A DNA stretch of 64,000 bases. It comes from Podospora anserina (taxonomy: Eukaryota). Positions 1 through 12,310 of this stretch are shown one piece after another. The position numbers were made by a program, and so were the translations under genes. The first letter of the stretch is position 1, and every line of letters starts with the position of its first letter. The stretch lies in assembly GCA_017654855.1 (NCBI GenBank), contig CM030335.1, forward strand, positions 1,364,001 to 1,428,000. Reading direction: 5' to 3'. The notes under the pieces were generated by a model. It saw only the letters and a program-made list of their open reading frames with translations. It searched no databases and was not told the DNA's origin.

Positions 1-816
1 TTACTACAGGGCCACCTACGGCACCCAGGCCGGTACTTGGCTCTATAACACCCTCGTCAGCCTCGTCGCTGTCAACCCAGCCATCACCGTCACCAGGTTT
101 ACCCACTCCTTCAACCAGCCCTCCATCATCGTCAAGATTCCCGGAAACTCCACTGACCTCGTCATCGTTTCCGCTCACTATGATTCCACCGCCGGCTCGA
201 CCACCGCACGTGCTCCCGGCGCTGATGACAACGCCTCCGGTGTTGTCGTCCTCATGGAGGCGCTCCGTGTCCTGGCCAACAACAAGTTCAAGGGCAAGGA
301 CACCCTCGAGTTCCACTTCTACGGCGGTGAGGAGGGTGGTCTCCTTGGCTCTGCTGCTGTCTTTGCCAACTACAAGTCCACCGGCAAGACCGTCCTCGCT
401 GTTGTGAACCAGGACATGGCCGGCTACTCCCCCAGCGGGAAGATCTCCATCTACACCGACTACGTTGACAGCGCTCTGACTGCGTACGTCCGTGTGGTCG
501 CTACCGCTTACACTGGCACTACTACCGCCGATAAGTGCGGCTACGGATGCTCCGACCACGCTTCAGCCCGCTCCAACGGTTTCCGTATGTTCCCCCCCTT
601 TATCACTTTTATCCTCCTTTTGGGCTTTCCTGGTGTGTTGAATCAGTACTAACATGGATGTAAACAGCCGCCGCCTACGTTTGCGATGAAGTTATGAAGA
701 CTGCCACTCCTTACATTCACACCGCCAACGATGCCCTCTCCACCATCATGTGGCCCGCCATCCTCCGCCACACCAAGTTCACCGTTGCCTTCCTCGTCGA
801 GGCTTCATACTTGTAA
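1..816 (+). CDS. M28 family leucine aminopeptidase, 5' end outside window; intron 585-667
   Basis: Translation gives SAHYDS, GADDNASG, GEEGGLLGS, NQDMAGY and CSDHAS zinc-peptidase motifs; GTATGT..AACAG intron; last exon ends EASYL-TAA at 816. Confidence 0.9.
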
Positions 817-985
817 GGATGCAATAATAATCTAGCGGTGGTCTCAAATGGGCACTTCCTGCACAAACAGACCATCATTCTCTGTTCATATTAGTGTTCG
901 CTTTGAGAACAAACATTGTACATAGACGCAATAGTCAAAAACACACATGTTCAAACTTGATTCCTGCTTTGGCGTTTCCCGATTT

Positions 986-2914
986 TCAATCCCTCCAGAG
1001 TCCCCCATCAATTGGACTTCCCCTTCTCCCTGGGCCTTGATCATCGTCTTCATCCTCCCCGTCAGCCAATAGGTGCTCTGACGAGACACTTGGGTCGTGT
1101 CCCCCAAATAGCACATCCATATCTTCCAGAGCGCGCCCTTTCGTTTCTGGAAAGAAGATGTAAATGATGGGAACTGATACTAGGTTGATGACCATGAAAA
1201 AGAAGTAGATCTTGGAGCCGAGAGCCGCGATTCCAATGGGCCATATCTGGGTGACGATGATGGAGCCTATGGCGCCGCACGAAGCGGCAAAGCTGAGGCC
1301 CCGTGCTCGGACGGCGGTTGGGAAAATCTAGGTAAGTTAGGTAGGTAAGGTTAGTCCGAGTCATGTTCTAGTGAATATTTGTGCTTTGTTCACGGGTAAG
1401 TGAAGATCTTACCTCGGAACCATACACCCAGGCAGCTGGACCAAATCCCATTGAGTATCCCAATGAGTAGATGAAAACAAAGACCACACAGGCATAATCT
1501 GCTGCGGTGTTGGAGTTATTTGGATAAATCAAAGGCAAAGTGCCGTTGATCTGGCAGTGTAGTCAGTACGGTCTGGCCCTCGTAAACAGAGTTAGAGTAC
1601 TTACCAGCAAGGAGAACGCCATGATAACAGCTCCAATGACAAGTGTCAGCCTTCGTCCAACTCTATCGATGATAAACATCTCCAGCACATTGCACCCGAT
1701 CTTAAGAGTGCTTTCAATCCCCCCTGCGAGTAGAGACACTCGATGGCTCAAGCCTAGAGTTCTAAAGAGAGCAGGAAGGTAGTATTTCATAGCTGTAGCA
1801 CCGCACATCTGCGCCAGGAACTGCAAAAGTGCCGATCGCCACATGCGAGCAAAGAGACTTCTGTCGGCGAACAGAGATGTCCAAACAAGGCCAGTGACTC
1901 TGAAAGAAGCTACAGAGCGTTCGATGTCGTCAAGCTCGTCGTAGATTTCATCGGATGTGTAATACCCTTCGCGGTAGTACTGAAGCGTGGTGAAGGCCTC
2001 ATCAATCTTTCCATGCTCTACGAGCCACCGGGGTCTAATCAAGAAGTTGAGTTTCAACGGTAGGCGAGTAGCGACCAAGGGATATGACTTACGATTCATG
2101 CATGAACGGCAGGCCAACTAAGAAGAAGAAAGCCGGGACAAAAGACACGGAGAGAGAATAACGCCATGCCACCTGGAGACCTCGTTCGCTATCCCAAAAT
2201 GTCATCCCATAACCAACCCTGGAATTTGGTTAGGCTAGCTTTGTCAGAAAAAGGGGGGGTAGACATACCAAAACCCAGAGGCAAGCCCTGCGATGAATCC
2301 GATATGATTCATCACAACAAACCTGCCACGATGCTTGGATGGCGCAATCTCGCTTTGATAAACGGACAGTCAGCCACCCAATCAGTCCATCATTTCTAAC
2401 CACCCTGTTACACAACATACCTTTGGTACAAGGGAACACTAGTTGAAATTATCCCGGTGCCTACTCCCGCAATGATTCTCCCAACAATCACCATCCCCAA
2501 AGCCTGTGCAGCTGATCCCGTGGCGCCGACCTGAAGCGCCTGACCAACACAGGTCACCCCCATCCCCACAAAGGCAGCATGGCGCCGGCCAAGCTTGTCT
2601 GCTGCCGGATGAGCAAAGAAAAGGTAGCTGGTGAAAGTGCCGAGGTAGTAGATGGCCGTGATGAGCCCGCTCAGAGAGGCATCTGGTCTGTGGAGTGTCT
2701 TTTTGAAACCGGGGTGGACGAGTACCGAGGCGAGGACGCCAACATTATATCTACATTGGACTATGTAAGTCCAGGGTTACCAGTGGGGAACTGTGATGAG
2801 GTTTGAAAAAAAGTATCTCACTTACCCCCAGATAAACGACCCCAGTGCAAGGAACAAACAAAACGAATGTAGCCGCTGTGAGGCTTTTGTAAAGCGTGTT
2901 CCTCCCATTTGCAT
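986..2914 (-). CDS. Sugar porter family MFS transporter, multi-exon
   Basis: Spliced exons read ALGSFIWG/YNVGVL, DKLGRR, GRIIAGVGTG, VPLYQSEIAP, ESPRWL, DRVGRR, PETKG; start ATG at 2914 or 2908. Confidence 0.88.
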
Positions 2915-3541
2915 AAAAAGATCATGCGGCCATCGAATATCTCGAAGCACTTGGTGTGAGACCGAGACCTGAAGAAGTCTTGTTTGGAATTGCAGTGTGA
3001 ATGAGGACACAGAGGTCCCAGGCCCCACTCGCTCGGCACATGGCACATGGGACAACGTAGGTTGGTGGTGCTTGCCTTATTTGGAGAGAATTGTGACGGC
3101 ACTTGGCTGCAGTGAGACACTACTTGAAAACCAGCCAATAGTTTTTGTTTTTTCTTATAGCTCCCCAGCAAATCCGAATTTGTAATAGTGATGAATATCA
3201 AGGTGGTCGTCTATAAACCTTTCCCTGGGATTCCAGAGTGACTCTCTCTATTTCAAAATATGGTCTTTTGATGACTCGTGGCCAATGTAGCCTGACAACT
3301 TGGTCACCCTTCTTTTCCAAGATGACCTACCCCACGCCAAGTATGAATCCGGGGCAAGACACGCCGACACCATGACCAATTCGCTCAGCTAGGCCAAGTC
3401 CTAGTCCAAATAAAAAGAAAGGGATAGTCAGCCCATATATATTCTTGGTACATACAGCAGGTTCTTTAACAACGTCTGTTTCACATCTAAAGCAGAAGTC
3501 CATCCTATCCACCCTCCCCAATTCTCTACGTATACATACAC

Positions 3542-4329
3542 CTAAAGTTGCTCAATCTTGGACGCAAAGTCGGCATTCTTGGCCTGGGTACCGAGAGAAA
3601 ACACGGGGTGGCCCAAGCTGTCGTGAATACCAAAGGTGGATGAAGGGTCCTCCGGCGTGTCGACGGGGTAGTCACCATAGGCGAAAGCGAGTGTGCTGTC
3701 ATACTCGGGATCTAACTCAGTGAAGCCAATGTCTTCATCACCCCATCTCGAACAGCCCGTGCAAACAGCCGTGATTTGAAAGTGAGTGGCGTTGACATGG
3801 GTGCCGGTCTTGACGATTCTGTATTCGGCGTTGGGATACTCGGGAGGGCTGTAGTAACCACTGTAGGAAATGAATGTTAGCATCAATGGCCAGACTGTTG
3901 CTGCCGAGCCACCGAAGGGGACACGAACTAGGCGATCCTGGACGAAAGAACGACGTCGTTGCCGTTGGGCCAAACGATAGTTAAGGGATTATAGGTCATG
4001 TGGCCACCCCAGGCGAACCCAGCCCAGCCAACATCGATGGGCGCCTCAACCTGCAATACAGTGTCGAAGATCTTGTCACCCTCCGGGATGTCCTCTGGGA
4101 TAGCCACACGCCAGGAGATGCCGCGAGCACTGGTGTAAGAAGAGAATTTCAAGCCGGTGTCCGGATCCTCATAGGCAACCGAGTCGGGCTCAAAGGCGAA
4201 CTGTCTAGGAACCGGGGCCGCTAGAAGAAAAAGATATGTCAATATACAAGGTGGCAGCACGGGGCCGTGGGATTCCATACTGAGACCTAAGAACGCAGCA
4301 GCGCGAGCAGCAACTTCAGAGAAGAGCAT
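3542..4329 (-). CDS. Stand-alone cellobiose-dehydrogenase-type cytochrome b domain protein (CAZy AA8-like), 2 introns
   Basis: GWAGFAWGGHM (Met ligand), CTGC disulfide motif, FGIHD (His ligand); hydrophobic N-terminus; stop directly after the domain with no GMC flavin domain. Confidence 0.85.
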
Positions 4330-6037
4330 TTTGACTGATGGTGGCACAAGACAAAAAGACGAAACGAAGCAGGGGATGGGTCTACCAGCATGGTATCCGG
4401 GGAGGACTTTTATAAGAAGGCCCCTACCAAGGGCGTTCATCCGGGAGCTACATTCCTTGCACCCTAGATCGTCATCCAATAATTCCGCACATGTAATGTG
4501 TATTGGCAATATAAGCGCCGCGTGGTTGAGCTTGGTGATCCGGGCTGTCACTACGCCCCAGAAGACACGCACCGTATCCAGGAGTCACTTTCATACCAAG
4601 TGGTCATCACTCTTCGGTCGATTCCGGTTGGTCCGTTGCTGGCGTGGTGCTCCGGAAGCTCGTGGTGAAGAAACGCCCATTCTGGTGGTCTGATGCCACC
4701 TTAATAAACCAAACAGGGACTTGGTGATGCAAGGAGGTACCTGGAAAACACTTGGTTCGCACCAGCCAGCGACGATCATAAGTCGTTGATTGGAAGGATA
4801 AAGCGAGGTGATCTATGAGATAGATGAAATGGTCGTTGATGCGGGGTGCGGTGGAATATGAAGCGGAACGGGACGGAGGGACAAGATTGGGCGGTTGGCT
4901 GGGGACAAGCATTGAGCAGGAAACGAGATGGTGAGAAAGGCTGATATGGCCCATGGAGGCAGAACCACGACCCTCTTTAGCCTAATCGTAGCGCAACCTC
5001 AACTTGTCCGAATAGATGAGTTCCTGCGGGGATGCAAGGGCCCGTCATGGCCAGGCCTTTGCTTACTTTTCGAGTGAAGGACAACTTCTTGAAAGTTAAG
5101 CCTTGTTCGCTGACAACAATGGTTGGTCGAAGGGGAGGCAAAGGACAAGTCAAATCCAAGATCTCTCCGGATCAATAGCCGAAACCAGGACTCTCGACCC
5201 ATTAAGCACAGGCATTTTTTTTCTACCAGAGAATCTGGTATGAGTTAAATGGTCGATTAAAATACGGAGCAGAGTCTGGATGTGATGATCTCTGTCGAAT
5301 TAATTGTACGGGCAGGAGAGTCGACGGATGTCTGTAGGTTACGGGGACAGTATGGTGGGGTGGGTGCTTGTGCCAAGGGGTGTGCCTGACCTCATCTGGT
5401 TCCGATGCTTGGCGAGGGCTCATCCAAAATCCTAGGATCTGCTCATTTAAAACACAAGCCTCTCAATTTTCCGATGCTTCAAGAGAGGTGTGCCAAACGA
5501 TCCGAGATGTCTTCCACCCATGTTGAGAAGCTTGGGCCACCCAATTCAGGGTTCCCCCACGCTGAGCTTTCCCCGCATGTTCAGGGTTGTGCCTGCAGTT
5601 TGCACATCTCCACTCCAAAATGCCCCTCTTTCTGTGACGGCATTGATCAGCAGCAGATCGAGAGCAAGCCACAATGTTGATTATGCACCAAGATCGGCAC
5701 TGATAAGATGCTTTCCCATCAATGATCTCTAGTTCGGCATCACAATCGACATCGACAACATATCCCCCCCCCTCCCATACCTGTGTCGACGCATGTTGAA
5801 TTCGTAATGTTGCAATATACAGCCCCTCTTGCATCACCCGCCCTGCGCCATGGATAAGGGCTGAACTTCTGCACCCCACCTTCTCAACGGCCATGACCCG
5901 CTCGTCGCCGCACACGAATTGAAAGCCTCACATTCCAGTCCGCGACAATCCCACGGCCCCGCCTCACCTTACCTCCAAACCACCGCTTGACATATTCGGT
6001 GACACCACCACAAGTCACCGCCAACCTCCAGCCAACC

Positions 6038-7354
6038 ATGGCACCCCCCAAACCTCACCCTCCCATCTCTACCACCCTGCCCCCACTCCTCCTCGGCACC
6101 GCAACCTTCAACCACCAATATGTCTCGGACCCCCTGGCCATGCCCTACCGCGACATCGTCTCCCGCGCCATCTCCCTCGGCGTCAAAGCCTTCGACACAT
6201 CCCCCTACTACGGCCCTTCCGAAGTCCTCCTCGGCACCGCCCTCGACAGCCTCATGAACCCCACTGCCTCGGCCTCCAACCCCCTCCCCATCCCCCTCGA
6301 GCGCGAGTCCATCTTCCTCGTCACAAAAGCAGGGAGGATAGCTGGCGACGAGTTCGACTACTCCCCCACCTGGATCAGATACTCCATCCTGCGAAGTCTT
6401 CAGCGCCTGCACACCGAGTACCTCGACCTCGTGTATATGCACGACGTCGAGTTTGTCTCCCCAGACGAGGTCCTAGCAGCGGTGAAGGAGCTCCGGAGGT
6501 TGCGAGACGAGGAAGGGCTGGTTCGGTACGTGGGCATCAGCGGGTTTCCAGCCCATGTGTTGGCCAGCTTGGCCGAGATGATTCTGGACAAGACCGGGGA
6601 GCCGTTGGATGCGGTGCTGAGCTATGGCCACTTTACGGTGCAGAATCGCAAGTTGGCGCTGCCTTGGGTGGCCGGGGAGACGAGACCAGAAGAGTCATCC
6701 TCATCGCCGTTGGCGAGGCTAAAGAGGGCTGGTGTCGAGGTGGTGTTGAATGCGAGCATGCTGGGCATGGGCTTGCTCACCAACCGGGGCATCCCCCCTG
6801 ATGAGAGGAGCGAGGCCTCTCCGCTGGCGAAGTGGCATCCTTCACTTCCTGAGCTCCGGGTGGCGTGTAAGGAGTTGGCGGGGATTACTGGCACAGCTGG
6901 CGAGCGTTTGGAGTCGGTGGCGATTCGGTGGTCGTTGCAGGAGTGGGCGCGCATAGGGGCTGCTGCTGGCGTTGGTGTGCAGGTCCCATCAACTGCTTCC
7001 GGCAACGATACCGCCAAAGTGGGTGCTACCGTGTGCGGTGTATCGTCCATTAGCGAGCTTGAAGAGACAGTCGCGGAGTGGAAGGGGGTTCTGTCCAGTC
7101 TCGGCCATGCCGTTGACGGGAAGATCGATCCTGCATATGGTAAAGAACGGCAGGACAAGGTACTGCGACTGGTTCAAAACCAGCTGTGGCCAGCGCTTGG
7201 TAGATGGGTGGATTATGCTTGGGAAAGTCCGGGTCCTGGCTATGTCAACACTCGTCCGGAGGAAGACAAAGGTCGGGTACCGTCTGATTCTATAATGATT
7301 GCATACCAGCAACGCCTGGCCGCCAGGTCAACCAGAGATGCACAGCCGAAGTAG
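6038..7354 (+). CDS. Aldo-keto reductase, D-arabinose/L-galactose dehydrogenase (Ara2-like) subfamily
   Basis: FDTSPYYGPSE, VTKAGR, YLDLVYMHDVE, YVGISGFP motifs; first ATG at 6038; intronless. Confidence 0.85.
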   Translation: MAPPKPHPPISTTLPPLLLGTATFNHQYVSDPLAMPYRDIVSRAISLGVKAFDTSPYYGPSEVLLGTALDSLMNPTASASNPLPIPLERESIFLVTKAGRIAGDEFDYSPTWIRYSILRSLQRLHTEYLDLVYMHDVEFVSPDEVLAAVKELRRLRDEEGLVRYVGISGFPAHVLASLAEMILDKTGEPLDAVLSYGHFTVQNRKLALPWVAGETRPEESSSSPLARLKRAGVEVVLNASMLGMGLLTNRGIPPDERSEASPLAKWHPSLPELRVACKELAGITGTAGERLESVAIRWSLQEWARIGAAAGVGVQVPSTASGNDTAKVGATVCGVSSISELEETVAEWKGVLSSLGHAVDGKIDPAYGKERQDKVLRLVQNQLWPALGRWVDYAWESPGPGYVNTRPEEDKGRVPSDSIMIAYQQRLAARSTRDAQPK

Positions 7355-7806
7355 CAAAATCTGATCAGTCTCTTCTTCACGATTGCACCCAGCGAAACCT
7401 GGTACATTGGTGGTCTCCAAAAAGGACCTTGTCATTGCTCGTCTACCTGCCGCGTGAGAATACAATGCTTCCAGAAAATGTGAATCCTAGACGAAAACAG
7501 CCCCTAAAAGATCAGGTGCTCCAGACTCCATTCCATCACTGACGCCCACTTCCAGTCTGATGCCATAGCAAAAAATGAAAACCCATTCTTTGTGAATGGA
7601 AGTTCGCTGACATTGCGAAACGTAACGCGAGAAAAAGTACGAGGGGGTTAAAAGGGGGCAAACGATGGGTGGGAGAGAAGACGGTGTATGCACAAAACAC
7701 ATCCAACACACAGTGTCGCCTCTTCTTCATCTCCCGTTGATGTGTTCTAGGAACCTGCGTCAGCTGCCTCTGGTCGCAGGAGGCCACACCGAATCAGACC
7801 GCATAA

Positions 7807-10418
7807 CTATTGCGTGAGTTGGTGAGTGCGCTCCACAGTCGTTGTCTGGTAGCCAAGTTGCTTCGAATCCTCGCCAATCTCGACTGCGGGAGTGTCGGGT
7901 GTAACCATCACCTTAGGTGGAAGCGACGGATCCGAAGTGCTGGGCGCTTCTAGGTGCAGTAGCTCCCTCTCGATTTCTTCCCCAGTTTGCTTCTGAGCAG
8001 CTCCATTCTGTGCTGCCTCGGCCAACAAGTTTCCTCCGGCTTGTTCTGTTGTAGTCGCCTTTTGTTGGGGCTCTTCTGAGCGTTTGCTCTTCTCCAACTC
8101 GATTTGACTCAGTCGCCTTCCGGCGTTCTCGCCCTCTAGACTGACCCCGACCACTTCCGCTAGACTTCTGAAGTTGAGCAAGGGCTCAGTGCTGGCGCTA
8201 GGATCACGGTCACTCTCTTGGCACTCGCCTTCCTCGGTGGCAGAACGACTTTCAAGACTGAGACCGCTTCCGCGCGGATCTTGAGCGGTGGATGGCGATG
8301 TAAAGCTGCTAGGTTGGCTGTCAAGGATAGAGGAAGAGACTGAGGAGGCACTGCTCATTTGTCTGAGGTGGGATGGGCCTGCAGGTTGGTGAGTCGCCAG
8401 GACTGGTCGGGAGGCAGCGGTGGCGGAAGAACCATCAGAAGTGATGGGTCTATTGCGGTCTACGGCCTTGCCCTTGTCCTTGGTGTTATCATCAGCTGCT
8501 GAACCTGACGCAGCTGCAGCAGTCGTTGCCAGCGCATTTGTGACGCTGGCCTCCACACGAAGGTTGCTAGAAGCACTGTTTCCTCGCTTCCTCTCCACGC
8601 TCAGACTACTTGCGCTTGCTTGGCTGTTTCCTGTACCGTCATCATAAGGCCCGCCACCCACCTGTGTTGGCTTATTCTCCTCTTTTGTTTTTTGCTTGGC
8701 CTTTTCAAGCTCTTCTTTCCGTTTCCGCTCCTCTTCTTCGGCGAGCGACAAACGGATAGCCTCCATGACCATAATCTCCTCGAGCTCTTCAGCGCGCATG
8801 CGTGGAGAGACAACGTTGCTGGATGTTCCGCCACGATTACCCCGCTGACCTGAGGAGTCGGCATCACCCGCAGGCGTTGCGGAGCCGCTGTCGCCATTGT
8901 CTCCCTCGCCGTTATTCTGCCCCCCTGAGGGAGCTCCCGTCGATCCCGAACCGCCCGTGTTTCTTCGCCCAAAACGACTCCGAAACGCCCGACTCTCAGT
9001 ATTCCCCATCATGAATGCCGCAGTGTGCAAAGCGGTGGCAGCAGCAGCTCGTCTTGCTTGATGAGCACGCGCAGCTTGGAGTTTGGTTGCCCATTCTGGT
9101 CGGATACGGTCTGTCAAGATAACATTTGGGCTGGTTGCAGAGAGAGACTGAGTCCTTCGCCGGCCCCCGCCAGCAGCCCCCGCGGGGGGCGACAGAGAAG
9201 CCGAGTTTACAGAGCTGCTGGACGACATGGCGGTGCTCATGGATGACAGAGCTGCGGGAGCGATAGAATATGCCAGGCCCCGTCTGAAAGGTGGCGGATC
9301 GTATGTTACACCGAAATCTGGTTGAGTACAATAGGGGCAGCAGGCGGGCTCTGATACCAACATCCCGGCCGCCTCTTCGGGGTTGTGGTTTGGGTCGTTC
9401 TCGTTATGCCCCTCGGGAAAATGCGGATCAGGTCGCTTAATCTGAACGAAGCACTCACTGCAGATAGCCTGTCCACAACACCGCGTCTGGTTGAGATATG
9501 GCGGGTAGGTCAGAAAACAGATCGGACACTCGGTGGCATTCTTGTACAGGAACACCTCGATGGGTTGTCCATTGACAAACGGGTCATTGGAAATGTTGAT
9601 TTCGCGGGGCACAATCTCAGTCGTCGAGCCATTTCGAGAGTTCCCGCCGAGCACGGCGGCGAGAGCTTTGCCACGCGGTCTAAAAGGGGAGCTCGTTCTA
9701 GCGGGCTGGCTGGAGATGGGAGAAGGAAGCGCAGAGCCTGGGTTAGACATGCTGTGTTCCGACGTTGTAGACTGTGTACGGCCAGCGATCGGAACCATGA
9801 GGCTGTTTATATTCCGGGAGCCTTCCGTATGGTCGTTTGCTGACAAAGGACGGGGAATCAGCTCGTCAGGCGGTACTTCATCGGCAGCTGGAATCGGCAG
9901 GCCGCGTGCTGCGGCAATAATTTGAGGTTCTGTCCATTGGTCATCAAGGTCGTTCAAACCTCGCCAGAAAGGGGCGATTTTTCTTTCGATCTAAAGGCAT
10001 GTCAGTGCTGCTCACAACAGGGACTTGAAAGCCGTATGCTTACCTGCAATTGCCGAACAATCTGCTTGTTGAAGTCTTCGACACCAACGTATGTTCCCAT
10101 GGTAACGAGAAATCCACCATCGACGTTCTCCTCCTTCATGCTCCGCTCTCTTTCCGCCAACCGCTGGACTCTTTCCCTCTCCAGTCTGCGGGCTTCCCGT
10201 TCTTGTTTTGTCTCTCTGCGCTCATGATGATGCTCGCTATGGGAGCTCGAGCCTCCCACCAGGCCTAGGACACCCAAATCACCGCGGCTCAGCCGATTCC
10301 GCCGTCCTGGCGACCTGTCTGCATGTAAAGAACCGGTGGCACCCGGCTGAGAGGCGCCGTGGTGGCTGCGGTGGCTTCCATCGCCGCCGCGCGACTCCTT
10401 CGTGCTGGCGTTTCCCAT
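7807..10418 (-). CDS. SIP5: Sip5 homolog (Snf1-interacting RING-like zinc-finger protein); intron 9991-10043
   Basis: MGNxxTKE start, VDGGFLV, IERKIAPFWRGL across the splice junction, ECPICFLTYPPYLNQTRCCGQAICSECFVQIKR, MEAIRLSL. Confidence 0.88.
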
Positions 10419-12110
10419 GTTGCAGCGGTTGAGGCCTTAGGCCGTCATGCGTATTGGCCGTCTCCCGGTCGTCGCTGGCCGTTTGTCGCAATCTCGCAAC
10501 GTTGCTTGTAACAACTACGGCTGGCGTTTCTGCAGAGGAGAGCGTCTGGCTGGAAATTGTGCCTGGAGATGGTCGGCAGCAGTTCGATGGTGGGAGTTGT
10601 CGATGGATTGTGTTCTGGAGGTCAAATGGCAGTGACGTCGACAAGTCCAAATGATAGGCGCGGACGCTGATGGGGTAAAGCAGGATCTGGGGGACCTGCG
10701 CACATCGACAAGCGGAAACAGGGCGATGGTTCGGGACAAGATCGGCGGAAGGGAGGTATAGATAGTTTGATATTGTAGTGTTCAAAAATGCAAGGGAACG
10801 TAACTAATTGCGCGAGCAGAGATGAGGTTGACTGTTGATGTTGCTTTGCTTGGGCCGGATATGGCGGAGGCGGGACGGAAGTTGGCGGTCGGTTGATGGA
10901 TTCAGTGGGGGAGCACACCCTGACATGACACGTCCCTATTGTGTATCTTGAAGCCTACTGCGAGGCTGAGATATGCGCCGATGAACGGTGGCCTGTCCGG
11001 TGGGATGTGGAAGTAGTTACACGATACTCGGGACGCATAGAGCGGGCCCCGATGCCAGACAGTCGGCGAAAACAGGTATCCGTATTATTGGCGAGGCCGG
11101 CGATGGCAAGATGACGGGATGGCTGTGGTGCTGGGGAATCGATGCCAAGCAATGCCTTCTCCAAAGTCAGGCGGGTGGCCCATGCACCAAAGCGGGAGGT
11201 GTCTGAGCACGAGCCACATCCCTCCTCTTATCACCGTTTGCTTGCGGCCGCCACATTCCACCACCTCGGTATCTCATCAAAGAGCCTCTCAAGAGATTTT
11301 ATGTGCGACTGTGAGCATTTTCCAGAGTTTATGTCATCTTGTCTAACAGCCACGAGTACATTCCTTGGGTCGGTAGGTGTTTCAGCCCGAGTTTGGCTGG
11401 CCTCATGATGGCTGCCTCATCTCAAGCACAGCGTGAAAGCTGGTGTTATCCTTGAATTATCTTACATACTTGTCGAGAAAATGCCGGATAAGTTTCTCCA
11501 TGTAACCATATAGAAGCACTGAGTTCCAGGTGAACCCCTTTCCTTCAACATTGTGGATGCTTCAGTCGTACGATCATCAAGCTGGACCTTGTTGCCTAAT
11601 CTGCACTGAGATTAAAACCAAGTCAGATAGGTTATTTTGACTCCGGTGGCGGATAACAAAAAACTTTGAATGGTATAAACTACGAAATGAATGTAAACTG
11701 CACTTCAAATATGTTAGGACGGCCTTGAAGCTATTGGCACGTTCTCAAAGATGGTGTCCAAGGTCAACTCAAGTATGTTGAAGTTTTCGATCAGCCTGCC
11801 AGGGCGAATGCAAGCTCTAGAGCTTTTCGAGTGTGTTTTACTCTTCTCCAGTCATGAAGAGCCGACTGCTGCCCACAGGGTATTCACCTTGTGAGTAAAG
11901 CATACCTGGTAAGGACTACAGAGCCATGTATATGCATCAAGAGGCAGTTAAAAGGGCCCGGCAGAAGTCAAACACCCCGTTCGATGTTTTGGAAATATGT
12001 AATATCCGGTAAGTATTTAGAGCGTATTTGCTGTCTATCATTCAAGGCCTCACTATCATGTTTCTAGATGTTCTTGCTATCTCTCTGGCACTTGAATTCA
12101 GTAGCAGTCT

Positions 12111-12206
12111 CTATTATTCTCTCTATCTATTATTCTCTCCATCTATTATTCTCTCTATCTATTATTCTCTCTATCTATTATTCTCTCTATCTATTATTCT
12201 CTCCAG
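12111..12206. repeat. Tandem repeat, 6 x 16 bp (CTATTATTCTCTCTAT)
   Basis: Six adjacent units; copy 2 ends CCAT and copy 6 ends CCAG. Confidence 0.95.
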
Positions 12207-12310
12207 AACGTGAGTGGTACTCCATGGCAAATTTCGATCTGAGTAGTGACTTCCTGATGTTCTCAATAACGATTAACAATTTACCATGATGATTGCCCAC
12301 CCACCACGTA

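Noticed and set aside
7352..7360. TAG CAA stop context as a read-through signal
   Set aside because: The extension has no targeting signal such as PTS1 and the context is only a partial match
12111..12206. Possible CRISPR-like or telomeric array
   Set aside because: No spacers, eukaryotic context, and the unit is not TTAGGG
12028..12289. Hydrophobic small ORFs on the plus strand
   Set aside because: Their repetitive peptides are just translations of the 16-bp tandem repeat
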